DNA of 64,000 nucleotides from Candidatus Latescibacterota bacterium (GTDB lineage Bacteria > Latescibacterota > UBA2968 > SICM01), in contig CBDCJO010000002.1 in assembly GCA_965217865.1 (NCBI GenBank), forward strand, positions 4,864,001-4,928,000, in the 5' to 3' direction. This document shows, one piece after another, positions 20,108 to 29,868 of this stretch. A program made the translations under genes and the position numbers. The first letter of the stretch is position 1; each line of letters begins with the position of its first letter. The notes below the pieces were generated by a model. It had not been told where the DNA came from and made no database searches. It was given only the letters and a program-made list of their open reading frames with translations.

Positions 20108-22109
20108 TCAACCCGGCATTTCAAGCTCACCTTTGGTAGGGGATTCCTCGGATTCATCCTCTTCGCTACGGTCTCGAAGGTCCATGGCAACACAGATCGC
20201 CCCACAAGGAATGGTCCTGTTATCGATACTCCGGGCTTCAGCAATTGCAATCACCAGACCCTGGGACCCTTGGTTGCCGGCAGGGATTCGTACAGAACTC
20301 GAAAATTCGATAAGCTCCCCTGCTTCCAGGGTGCGATCCAATTCCAGATCGGAGGGGACGGCCTCCCATCCTTCGGGCGGATGAAGCCGGATGGTTCCTA
20401 TATGATAGGCTTCGTGATTGTGGTTCGTCAGGACCAGTTTGACTTCCGACTCCATTCCAAAGATGCGGAGGGGGTCCTGAAGGAAGGACAGCTCCAGACC
20501 CGATATCAAACTGGCACCGCGGTATGCGTGCTCTCCGGCCACCCGAAAGGCTGAACCGAAGGGGTCGTCGGTCGTGCTCGTGGACCAGGAATGGATCCCG
20601 CCGAGCAACTCCAAAGCGCGATCTGCCTCCCCCGTCCGTGTGTCTGACTTTCCCCCCTCTGCAGGGATCGACTCCAGGAATTCCGCGTCGTTCAACGCCT
20701 TGCCGGCAACATCCGGCCAGGTTTCTCCCCATTGCGGGGGGATGGTCGGATCGCTGCGATCGGGATTCCGTTCAAGCTCGTTTGCGGCCTGTCTCAAGTT
20801 GGCCGCGCATTCCATAAGATGATTGCTTAGCGCATCCCGGAGTTCGACCACGACGCGGCCGGACTCCGGTGGAACGGAGATGAAAGTCTTTCCATCCTTC
20901 ACGGGGAGTCGTCTCCCTGAGTAGAGCTCCACCGGATGTCGGACGCCTGGAGGGGTGGTGAACCAACTATTGAATTCACGGTGAAGATCAGGATTCAAGA
21001 AAACCGCGCCTCCCTCATATTGGCGATTCCACAGAGCACCCTGTTTATTCGTATCCCCCCTCGGTTCGAGGAGTCTGGCTCGATAAAGAAGCCTGACCTG
21101 ATCCACCTCAGGACACATTGCGGTCCACTTGAAGCCGGAGAGCAAGGCGCAGGCAAATGTATAGAAGCAGTTCTCCCGGGCGGTATACCTTGCGGTGGGT
21201 TGGATATAGCTCAGGGCTGCGACAAACCTCCCTTTTTTTACCTCATTTCTATGCTCTTCCGCCCACTCCAGGACTTTCTCCCCAATTGTGTCGGCGCTCA
21301 CCCGTGCCCGAGGTCGCGATGTAGGATTCAATCATGCATCCGTCTCTGATCTGGCTGTACACATTCTCTCGTCCGCCGTTGAGTAAGACGATTTTCTCCT
21401 GACCGTAGCTCTTTACGGCGTTGTATATGCGTTCCGTACAACCTAAATAGGACTTGTCCGTGTTGTCTCCCGGAGGGCGATGCTTGTGTATTCCGAGCTC
21501 TTCCCCATAACAAATAGCCAGCCGCTTTGTGTAGATGTTGTCGATGAAGATTCCATCGAAGCCGATATCCATCAGGGCCCGTGCCCCCCGTTCCACGGCC
21601 TCCAGGTAGCCCTCGGCGCTCGAACACATGTACCACGACAGCCTGCACGGGTTCTTTTGGTCCTGGTACTTCTGGCCGTGCGCCTCCCAGATGCCCCATA
21701 TCACTTCACGATCATCCGGATCTTTTTTCGCATACGAACCGTATCGCGGTGAGGGACGGCCGAATTTGTCGATCAGGATCCACTCGGGGTGAGATCCCGG
21801 ATCCACGCATTGATAGTAAGGGGGGGAACACCCCTTATTCCGATCGATGAATGCTTTCAGCCTTTCCGGTGTGTCGACGGACCAGGCCTTCTCCGGGGAG
21901 AGGTAGGGAAGCACCTTGATGCCCAGGGCGTGTGCTTCTTCGAGGTAGCGTTTCATGTCTTCCGGATCGAGGGGCCAGTCGATATGGCTCAGTAGGGTGA
22001 TCCCGCACCCCTTGAGGGTTTTCAGGTCCATTCCCTGCGGCCAGCAGGAATAGTTGATGTCGGCGAGGAGGTTCGGGTTCAACTTTATAGGCCTCTTTGG
22101 AGAATGCAA
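20108..22109 (-). pseudogene. Putative glycoside hydrolase-like TIM barrel with C-terminal NEW3-like domain, split by a +1 frameshift (possibly an error)
   Basis: AHALGIKVLPY, HPEW, GFDGIFIDN; removing one G at about 21280 joins ..ERRHNW to EKVLEW..; LHPPEGW in the C-terminus. Confidence 0.7.
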
Positions 22110-22154
22110 GTTGCAAAGTGAAAAATGGAAATTTCAAAATTCAAGACTTGGAAT

Positions 22155-22298
22155 ACCCGTGGATCATAATTCGTGACTCGGGGATCGGAATACCCGGGGT
22201 TGGTGATACGTGGATAGTGGATCGGAAAACCGAACCCCTCATTTTGACTATTCCTCAAAAAATTCGCATCGACCATTTGCGAATCACGAATCACGTAA
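22155..22298. repeat. TCACGAA/TTCGTGA heptamer inverted element
   Basis: CCCGTGGATC..TCGTGA..GGGGATCGGAA ... GCGAATCACGAATCACG also present at 29757-29868. Confidence 0.65.
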
Positions 22299-22451
22299 AT
22301 TACAAAGACTGTCAAAGAGAAACCATAATAGGGCGGGATTTTCCGTGTGTCAAGGATTAACAAATGGCAAGATCGAAAAACAACTGGTTTGCTCTGAATT
22401 CTAGAATGGGTTACCTTTGACGTGTTTATTCTATCTTTCACTGGAAGCTTT

Positions 22452-23057
22452 ATGAAACCTAAAAGAGGGATTCCGATATGGGCGGTAAATCTTTTATTGA
22501 TTCTGTTTTCCCCGGAACAAGCGCTCTCCGAGAATGGATTTTTGGTCCTGGGCGGTTACAACTACGCCTCCGCTGCGGCCATCAGGTCGTTCAATAGCGA
22601 TTTGGACGGGGTTGGGACGGGTTATATCCGGATCGAAGGAGAAATATCTCTCACCCCTCGTGTCTCGGCGGTGGTCGTCCTGGATGGTCACGAGGCCGAC
22701 AGCTTCGTTACGGACCCGAGAGGACGGATAGACCTTGAGATCTCAAATATCTCCTCGTCGCTGATGCTGCGAATCCACATTGCTTCGGAAGGGAGACTTC
22801 GCGGATTTTTTGAATTCGGACCAACCGCCAATTATATAGACATCGAGGCTTCGCCAACCGATCTGAGCAGAACGATCAATCTCATCAATGCGAGTCCTAC
22901 AAAACCGGGGGGTTCCTTTTCGGTGGGGATAAGATATCGCTTCGGGGGGAGATTGGCTTTTGAAAGCGTGGCCGGATACCTGGTTGTGCCAAAACACAAC
23001 GGAGTAGACGTTTCGAATATCAGAATCGCATCCGGGATCGGATTTGTTTGGGAATGA
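22452..23057 (+). CDS. Outer membrane beta-barrel protein (OmpW/OmpA-like)
   Basis: Signal peptide, alternating beta strands, C-terminal GIGFVWE. Confidence 0.75.
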   Translation: MKPKRGIPIWAVNLLLILFSPEQALSENGFLVLGGYNYASAAAIRSFNSDLDGVGTGYIRIEGEISLTPRVSAVVVLDGHEADSFVTDPRGRIDLEISNISSSLMLRIHIASEGRLRGFFEFGPTANYIDIEASPTDLSRTINLINASPTKPGGSFSVGIRYRFGGRLAFESVAGYLVVPKHNGVDVSNIRIASGIGFVWE

Positions 23058-23172
23058 AAAACAATCATGTTATTGATATTGAACACGTTACACAATAAAC
23101 CGAGCGATGGGGACCAGGAGTGGTTTGAGAGGATGCAGATCTCTGTCGTTTTTTTTAACCCATAGGGGCTAG

Positions 23173-24918
23173 ATGAGCCGACCGATCTATTTCACGGATA
23201 TGGGGATGTGCGAGCCGAATCACGTGCTGTCGCGTGTGAGCCGCGTTCGTCACTGGTCGCTGTGGGATTATGAGACGGACCCCGATCGGGGCGTCCACCT
23301 GAAAGGAAGGATGCTCTATGCCAGCCAGAGTACGGAATCCCCGCCTGTCACGCTCAAGCTGAATCTGAAGGGTCCTCACGCTATCTACTTGGCCAGCCAT
23401 CACGGCTGGTCCCCGGAGCTCTACATCCTGAAGGCTAAGCTCACGAAGGACCCGTGCTTTCACCGGTTCGCGACTCAGTTGGTCTCGGACAAGGACCTGA
23501 GGACTCTGGGTGTGGAGCAGTTCCCGGAAAGGAACTTCACCAAGTACGATTTGGTCGAATGGTTCTGGCGCTACGAAGACCTGACCGGCCAGGAGATCAC
23601 GTTTGCACGTCCCAACCAAGGAAGCATCAGAGAAGAGAATTGTTCCTTGGCTTACGTCAAGTGCATCCCCCTATCGGAAGGGGAGATCGCTGGGCTGGAG
23701 AAATTGAGATCAGAGAATGAGACGAAGGTTCTGATGGGGGCCATCGACGGAGGGGGCACTTACGGGTGGCTTCCCGAGTCCAGGGAGGACCTGTGGGAGG
23801 AGATCGAGCCGTTTCGCGGAACGGACGTGGGCAGGATCTGTTTTACGATCGCAAGGACAGATGTCTGCGTGTTTCCGACGAAGGTGGGAACGAGGCGGAC
23901 CCGGGAGATGGGTTACTTTCACCCATGTTTTCGGGTGGTGGGGGAGTGTATGGAGCGCCTTGCATCCCGCGGGATCGACCCCCTTAAGGAAACGATCGAC
24001 TACGCACACGATTCGGGGGTGAAGATTCTGGTGACGAACCGACCCGCCGCCCCCCACATGGCGCCTTTTCAGGAGGACATGCACAGTCCATGGTATACCC
24101 GGAATTCCCAATGGCGCTGCCGGCTTGAGGATGGGAGTCCGCTCCAACAGATGAGCTTCGCGTATCCGGAGGTCGCCGAGAAATTCCTCGGGATTTTCAG
24201 GGAGGGGCTTGAGCGGGGTGCGGACGGCATCTGCATGATGTGGTGCCGCGGATGGCCCTGGGTGATGTATGAGGAGCCGGTGGTGGAATCTTTTTCCGAA
24301 AAATTTGGGGAAGATCCCCGAAAGCTCCCAAGAAATGATCCCCGATGGGTGAAACATAAAGCGGATGTCATGACGGACGGGTTCGTCCGTCCGATGCGAC
24401 GGATTCTTGACGAGATCGGCCAGGAGCGGGATGAGCATCTTGAGGCGGCATACTACGTGTTCGGCCGTCCGGAGGATTGTCTGCACAATTCGCTGGACGT
24501 CGAGACGTGGGTGAAGGAGGGCCTGGTCGACCATCTTATGGTTCATCCTGGCACCTGGAGCGAAGGCGCCGGGGGGGAGCGGATATCGATCCCAGTTCAC
24601 GAGGCCGTTCCTCTTTTCAAAGAGATGGCAAAGGGAACGGGGGTGAAGGTTTATGCAGATGTCTATCCCCGAAGGATGCCCGCAGGAAGCTACCTGGATC
24701 AGGCAAGATTATATTTTGACAGCGGGGCGGATGGACTGATGTACTGGGATGTGGACTCACGGACATCCCGCAAGAGCGAGTGGGTCACCGCATGCCGGTT
24801 GGGACATAGAAAATTGATCGACAACTGGCCGCTTGATGTGAGTCCGTACTTCAAGGTGGTTCCGCTGAAGCAGATCGCAGGATTATCGGCTGACCCGAGA
24901 TATGATACGACGGGATGA
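23173..24918 (+). CDS. GHL10-like (family 10 glycosylhydrolase-like) TIM-barrel protein
   Basis: DPLK..IDYAH..G, MSFAYPEV, GADGI, DVETWVKEGLVD, GADGLMYWD. Confidence 0.65.
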   Translation: MSRPIYFTDMGMCEPNHVLSRVSRVRHWSLWDYETDPDRGVHLKGRMLYASQSTESPPVTLKLNLKGPHAIYLASHHGWSPELYILKAKLTKDPCFHRFATQLVSDKDLRTLGVEQFPERNFTKYDLVEWFWRYEDLTGQEITFARPNQGSIREENCSLAYVKCIPLSEGEIAGLEKLRSENETKVLMGAIDGGGTYGWLPESREDLWEEIEPFRGTDVGRICFTIARTDVCVFPTKVGTRRTREMGYFHPCFRVVGECMERLASRGIDPLKETIDYAHDSGVKILVTNRPAAPHMAPFQEDMHSPWYTRNSQWRCRLEDGSPLQQMSFAYPEVAEKFLGIFREGLERGADGICMMWCRGWPWVMYEEPVVESFSEKFGEDPRKLPRNDPRWVKHKADVMTDGFVRPMRRILDEIGQERDEHLEAAYYVFGRPEDCLHNSLDVETWVKEGLVDHLMVHPGTWSEGAGGERISIPVHEAVPLFKEMAKGTGVKVYADVYPRRMPAGSYLDQARLYFDSGADGLMYWDVDSRTSRKSEWVTACRLGHRKLIDNWPLDVSPYFKVVPLKQIAGLSADPRYDTTG

Positions 24919-25135
24919 GAATTTCAAAAATGCAAATTGATCAGGTGGCCGAAAAGGGGGTGACGTTGGGAATCGTTTATTCCGGTTCGTAAACCTGACG
25001 GAATTCGAGATTCACACTTGACAACAGATTGTGTAAGAACAATATTTTAATAGTACCTTAGAAAATTGTTTGTGTGCTTCCATTTGGAAAGGCGATGGAC
25101 GCCGCGGGAATAAAAGCCGGGAGGAACCAGGACGA

Positions 25136-25170
25136 GCCGCATCTGGATCCGTGCGGTTTTTTTTGTTTTT
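25136..25170 (+). terminator. Intrinsic terminator ending a candidate small RNA or leader
   Basis: GCCGCA-N10-TGCGGT followed by TTTTTTTGTTTTT. Confidence 0.65.
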
Positions 25171-25241
25171 AATCCAAAGTCTAAATTTCCGGAAGCTGAT
25201 AGCGGTTGCATCCTTTTTGAAAAAAAGGGAATGGGGATCGG

Positions 25242-27278
25242 TTGGTGATTAGAATTCTAAGAATAATTCTGTTGATCGCTGGCGTGTCGGGAGCCTATAC
25301 AACCAACGGATTGAGTACGCCTCCAAGGTCTATTAAAACCGAACTCGATTCCATGATAAATTCCGTGGGTCCCCCGGATGTGAGGGCCCTCCGGCGAGGC
25401 CCCCGTCAGGCGGAAGTCGATTCGTTGATTCAAGAGGTTACCCAGCAGATTGGGATGGGCAATCTGAAGGGGGCCATATCCCATATCGACACGATCATGG
25501 AGATCGACCCCCATCGACCGATTAGCGCCTACGACATCCAATTCGTGCCCCTGGTCGCTCAAGCCCATATGGAAAACGGTCGATTTGGTGAGGCGGCCAG
25601 GGCGTTCAGAGCCTATTTTCGAAGCTTAAGTCCACAGGAACGTGCGTTGTATGAGGACATCTCCCTGGTGGGAACACCGGATGAGGTCGAAGTATTCAAT
25701 ACCCTCCAAGGGAAAGAGTTGTTGTTTTTCCTGAGGGGATTCTGGGCTCGAAGGGACATGGATCTGGTGGCCGGCATCAACCGAAGGCTTATGGAGCACT
25801 ATCGCCGGGTGTGGGTTGCCCAGACTCAATTCTCCAATTACCAGATTCCATGGGACCGTCGTGGTGAGATCTATATTCGCTACGGGGAACCCTATCTACG
25901 GCAGGGGTGGGGGGACCCCGAATACCAAAGGGCGATGGACCCGAAGGTCCAGGCTGTTCGTCACAGGATGGCGACCCGTCTTTACGGTCTGGCGGTCATG
26001 GATGGTGGGGGTTCCGCGGGGTTTGGGTTGGAGAATATGCAATCGCTTCTGTCTGTGCTGAGCGGGTCTATAAAGGAAAGCGGCACTTTTTCCGACCCCA
26101 TTGACCCTTCGTTGAATCTGCACGGGGGTATCTTCCAACAGGTGCCTTCCAGCATGGTATTGGTCAAGGGCCCGGTCTATCCCCTCCAGAATTCGGGTCA
26201 TGGTTATACGATCGTCGGGGCCGGAGGCACGGCAGGGGTGGACTGGGAGAGCTGGGTCTATCCTTACATCGACGGGGGGATCGAAATCGTTTTCACGGAT
26301 GAATCCGGGAGGGGTAATTATGATTTTGCCCCGATTCCCACAATTAACATCCCCGGAGAATATCGAAAAAGCCGACTGTGGAGAACGTTCAATACAGAGA
26401 TCCGCAGAAACGCACCCGATCAGGTGGTTCGTGGTCTCAAGTCGAAGGCCCCGTCTATTTATATTCCGGGTGGCATAACCGAACCGCTTCTGTCTTTCCT
26501 GGCCGCAACTGATTTTCGGGGGGGCGAAGATGGTACGCGGGTCGAGGTATATTTCGGGGTTCCGGCAGAAGAGGTTTCAACCCAGGATAAAGAATGGATC
26601 GGGGAGCGTACGATGGTGATTTATGACAGCTGGTGGCGGGAGATCCATCGATCGTTCGATCGGTCAAAGATATCGGCACTTTACGGCCCCGATGCGGAGA
26701 TTCTGGACATGGTATCGATCGATTTGCCTCCGGGGGACTATGCGATGGCCGTTAAGCTCATGGACTTTTCATCCAAGCGATCTCAGTTGTTTCGGGGCGG
26801 CCTCCGGGTACCCCGTTACGGCGAAGACAGCCTCAAAGTGAGCGGGATAGAGATTGCAAGGCAGATCGACCCGTCCGTGAAGGAGGGGAAGTTCGTAAAA
26901 CATGGACTTCGCGTGATCCCCAAGCCCTCATTGTCTTTTGGACGGGATCAAGATGTCTTTGTCTACTTTGAGGTCTATAATCTACAGCGAAATGTTCATG
27001 GAATAACACACTACCGGGTCGATTACACCCTTCAAAGGCAAAGGGGTAAGAGAGGTAATCGTCTCCTTGCGGGTCTCAAGTGGCTGGTCAGGCGGAATGG
27101 AAAGGGTGAGATGACAACGGTATCACACGAGGGGGAGGGAAGGGACATCCAGGAGGTCGTACACACGGCGCTGGATATGAGGAATAAGAAAAAGGGGGAT
27201 TATAACCTCCAGGTGAGACTCACGGACCTGAACAGCGGGATGACGTCGGAAAGACAGACCACGTTCAGCGTGGAATAA
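25242..27278 (+). CDS. GWxTD domain-containing exported protein
   Basis: Signal peptide, TPR-like helices, FWARRD..NRRLMEHYRRV..WDRRGEIYIRYGEP, C-terminal Ig-like YFEVYNL domain. Confidence 0.85.
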   Translation: MVIRILRIILLIAGVSGAYTTNGLSTPPRSIKTELDSMINSVGPPDVRALRRGPRQAEVDSLIQEVTQQIGMGNLKGAISHIDTIMEIDPHRPISAYDIQFVPLVAQAHMENGRFGEAARAFRAYFRSLSPQERALYEDISLVGTPDEVEVFNTLQGKELLFFLRGFWARRDMDLVAGINRRLMEHYRRVWVAQTQFSNYQIPWDRRGEIYIRYGEPYLRQGWGDPEYQRAMDPKVQAVRHRMATRLYGLAVMDGGGSAGFGLENMQSLLSVLSGSIKESGTFSDPIDPSLNLHGGIFQQVPSSMVLVKGPVYPLQNSGHGYTIVGAGGTAGVDWESWVYPYIDGGIEIVFTDESGRGNYDFAPIPTINIPGEYRKSRLWRTFNTEIRRNAPDQVVRGLKSKAPSIYIPGGITEPLLSFLAATDFRGGEDGTRVEVYFGVPAEEVSTQDKEWIGERTMVIYDSWWREIHRSFDRSKISALYGPDAEILDMVSIDLPPGDYAMAVKLMDFSSKRSQLFRGGLRVPRYGEDSLKVSGIEIARQIDPSVKEGKFVKHGLRVIPKPSLSFGRDQDVFVYFEVYNLQRNVHGITHYRVDYTLQRQRGKRGNRLLAGLKWLVRRNGKGEMTTVSHEGEGRDIQEVVHTALDMRNKKKGDYNLQVRLTDLNSGMTSERQTTFSVE

Positions 27279-27350
27279 AAGGGCAAAGTAATCCAGGTTC
27301 CACGATTCAAGTCCGGTGTCAATGGCATAACCTAAAACCCCGTTCCATCC

Positions 27351-28163
27351 CTACCTGTCAAGATCCTCCCGGTCATCCTCGTCTTCTTTTCCATAAACAC
27401 CCTTCGCTTTTTCCCTTTTAAAGCTCGTCCCGGCCTTTAAAGACTCATCGACCGTCTTATAGATGAACTCCGTCATGTAAGAGGGCAGGTTCTGCATGAG
27501 GGCATATGCGAGAGATCCCAGGAGGCATAAAACTGTGATGGCAACATAGATTGTCAGATTATTTGATTTTCGCTTCCTGGAAGGGTTGCGATGGCTTCGC
27601 CTTCTCCGTGAATGCTCGTGCGGTTCAGCCTGCTCCGATTCTCGTCGAGGTGGGAGGATTGACGAATCCGCCCCCGGGGTGGGAGGTCTCGGAGGAGGGG
27701 ATGGGGGGGACACCCTCGCCTCTACGGGATCCGCCCGCCTGGAAGGCGATGGTTCCGCAGGGGGGGGAGGCGGCTGTATGCTTGACGGTGAAGACCGGAA
27801 CAGCTTCTGAATCGTGAATTTGATCTCTTCGAGCTGAAACGGCTTAGACAAAAATCCGTTCGCCCCTTTCCGACTAAGTTCATCTATCTTGTCTTTATCC
27901 AGGAAGGCCGAGATGATGACGATCGGCAGGGTCTGATCCTGCTCCCGAATGAAATCCAGCATCTTTTCCCCCTGGATCGTGGGCATTTGCAGGTCTAGGA
28001 GGACAAGGTCCGGAGCGTTGTGGGTTATCATGTCGATGGCCTCTGTCCAGTTCGATGTGGTCAGGATTTCGAAGCCAAGCGAGCCAAGATAGGTTTTGAG
28101 CAGTTTGAGAACATCCGGTTCGTCGTCCAGGACAAGGATGCGCAGATGCTTAGCGGTGTCCAT
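27351..28163 (-). CDS. Response regulator receiver with Pro-rich linker and a transmembrane helix
   Basis: ILVLDDE, LLDLQMP, ISA, KPF; poly-Pro; IYVAITVLCLLGSLAYALM. Confidence 0.85.
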   Translation of the reverse strand: MDTAKHLRILVLDDEPDVLKLLKTYLGSLGFEILTTSNWTEAIDMITHNAPDLVLLDLQMPTIQGEKMLDFIREQDQTLPIVIISAFLDKDKIDELSRKGANGFLSKPFQLEEIKFTIQKLFRSSPSSIQPPPPPAEPSPSRRADPVEARVSPPSPPPRPPTPGADSSILPPRRESEQAEPHEHSRRRRSHRNPSRKRKSNNLTIYVAITVLCLLGSLAYALMQNLPSYMTEFIYKTVDESLKAGTSFKREKAKGVYGKEDEDDREDLDR

Positions 28164-28186
28164 AATTTCCTTAACCCAGAAGGTTA

Positions 28187-28216
28187 AACAAAAAGCCGCA
28201 TCTTTACCGAGGCGGC
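28187..28216 (-). terminator. Terminator-like hairpin in the 5' leader of the receiver gene
   Basis: Minus strand GCCGC-CTCGGTAAAGAT-GCGGC-TTTTTGTTT; promoter TTGACT-N17-TAGAGT upstream. Confidence 0.55.
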
Positions 28217-28364
28217 GTAAAGGGTTCACCGTATGCGTGTTATGTAGGTTTTCATGAAGCTTCCTCCCGAAGAGGAGGTGCAAAACATTACATCAAACCT
28301 TTCTTACTCTATGAACAAGCGGAATTAAAGTCAAGAATAAATCCCAGCTTGGTGAAAGCTAAGA

Positions 28365-29306
28365 TCAGCTTTCTTCCAAAAGATCGAAGATCGATTCGTT
28401 CAATTTCATAGTTTTTAGGCTGTCCTTTAAATCCGGGAAAAGTCTCTTGCGGGCAAGGACACAATCCACGAAATATCGGGTTTCACGGAAGGAACTGCCC
28501 CATTCGAAAGGGTCGGAACCACCGATGATGTCCCTGTCGGACATCGTTTCTTCCTCGGTTTTTGTCCGGGAGACACTCAGGGTCCCTTTCTGGTGGTCGA
28601 TGGATAATGAGATTCCATCGGCGTGTATCTCATAACATTCCAGGGTGATTCCGCAATAGTGTATTTCCTGATAGGTCCCCTGGGACCCGTTTTCAAACTC
28701 CAGGGTTGCCGACAGACTGTCCATTTCCCCCCCCGGCCTCCTGTGAGCTTTTGCAGTAACCCCCCGGACATCTCCACCTAGACAACGCATCATATCCAGC
28801 CCGTGTATCCCCGCGTGTTCACGTTCTAGAGGTGATGCATATGTGCGGTAGAATCTCCCTGTGATCCGCATGCCATCTTCCTTATGAACCATGTCCATCG
28901 CCTTTTGCACCACCGGTGAAAAACGTCTGTTAAAACCGACCATGTTGCAGCAGTCGTTCTTTTCCGCTGCTTCCAGCATCGCGGAGGTCTCGGCTGGGTT
29001 GATGCCGGGTGACTTCTCGACACTGACCGCCAGTCCCTTCTCAAAACAGGGAATCACCACATCCTTTAGCCGGGATGGACGTATGATCACAAAGACAGCG
29101 TCCAGATCCACCTCCTCGATCATTTTTTGAAAATCCGTATATCCCTTTTTTACTCCATATTTTTCCATCGCGGTGTTAAGACGTCGGTCATCCAGGTCGC
29201 ACAGGGCTTCCAGGGATACCTGACCGAGTCTATGGAGCTGGGGAAGATGGGACGAGTTGGCGTGCATGGCCCCGCAGCCGATCAAAGCTAACTTTATCTT
29301 CTTCAC
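28365..29306 (-). CDS. Gfo/Idh/MocA family oxidoreductase
   Basis: ALIGCG, VEKSPG, VGFNRRF, GIHGLD; GTG start. Confidence 0.88.
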   Translation of the reverse strand: MKKIKLALIGCGAMHANSSHLPQLHRLGQVSLEALCDLDDRRLNTAMEKYGVKKGYTDFQKMIEEVDLDAVFVIIRPSRLKDVVIPCFEKGLAVSVEKSPGINPAETSAMLEAAEKNDCCNMVGFNRRFSPVVQKAMDMVHKEDGMRITGRFYRTYASPLEREHAGIHGLDMMRCLGGDVRGVTAKAHRRPGGEMDSLSATLEFENGSQGTYQEIHYCGITLECYEIHADGISLSIDHQKGTLSVSRTKTEEETMSDRDIIGGSDPFEWGSSFRETRYFVDCVLARKRLFPDLKDSLKTMKLNESIFDLLEES

Positions 29307-29398
29307 GTGAGCAGCGTTTCCCTGAATCGAACGGTCCGTCGTGCGGTTTTTCGGTTGATGGTCCACCCAAAGGGTGAGCTTGACGGGATGTAGTGTAA

Positions 29399-29745
29399 TT
29401 ACTTCGATACGGAAATTCGGATGCTGGTTTCCGAAAGGGCAAACACACAGGAACTCCTGTCACCTCCGATGCTCTTACGCCAGATGTCTCTTGGGTAGGG
29501 TCGTCCCGGCACGGGGGCCCCGTCGAGCTCGATCGAAGCAGTGTCGCAAAAAAAGAGCACGGTGAAAAAGTCCAGATCCTCCCTGAAGGTGGGTGCCGGG
29601 CCCTCCGTGATGACCGGGGGTTGGATCTGAGACCATGTTGCAACAACCAGACGGCCATTGGTTTTAATGGACCAGGTCGGCGAGGTTCTAATATCCCCTC
29701 CCCGGGAGATCTCGGCATCGAACAGGGGAAGGTCCCTGTCGAAAG
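29399..29745 (-). pseudogene. Probable 3' fragment of a hypothetical protein
   Basis: Protein-like C-terminal sequence (..SSCVFALSET..), but its 5' end runs into the heptamer repeat element. Confidence 0.4.
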
Positions 29746-29756
29746 GATTCCCCTTT

Positions 29757-29868
29757 CCCCGTGGATCGTGACTCGTGATTCGGGGATCGGAAAAACCCGT
29801 ATCTTGTCGATTAAAACCCTTGACCGTTCCTAAATCATTCGGATCTTCGCGAATCACGAATCACGAGT
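29757..29868. repeat. TCACGAA heptamer inverted element, second copy
   Basis: Homologous to 22155-22298. Confidence 0.65.

Noticed and set aside
25075-25135. c-di-GMP riboswitch
   Set aside because: Only superficial GAAA/GACGC words; the conserved aptamer core is not identifiable.
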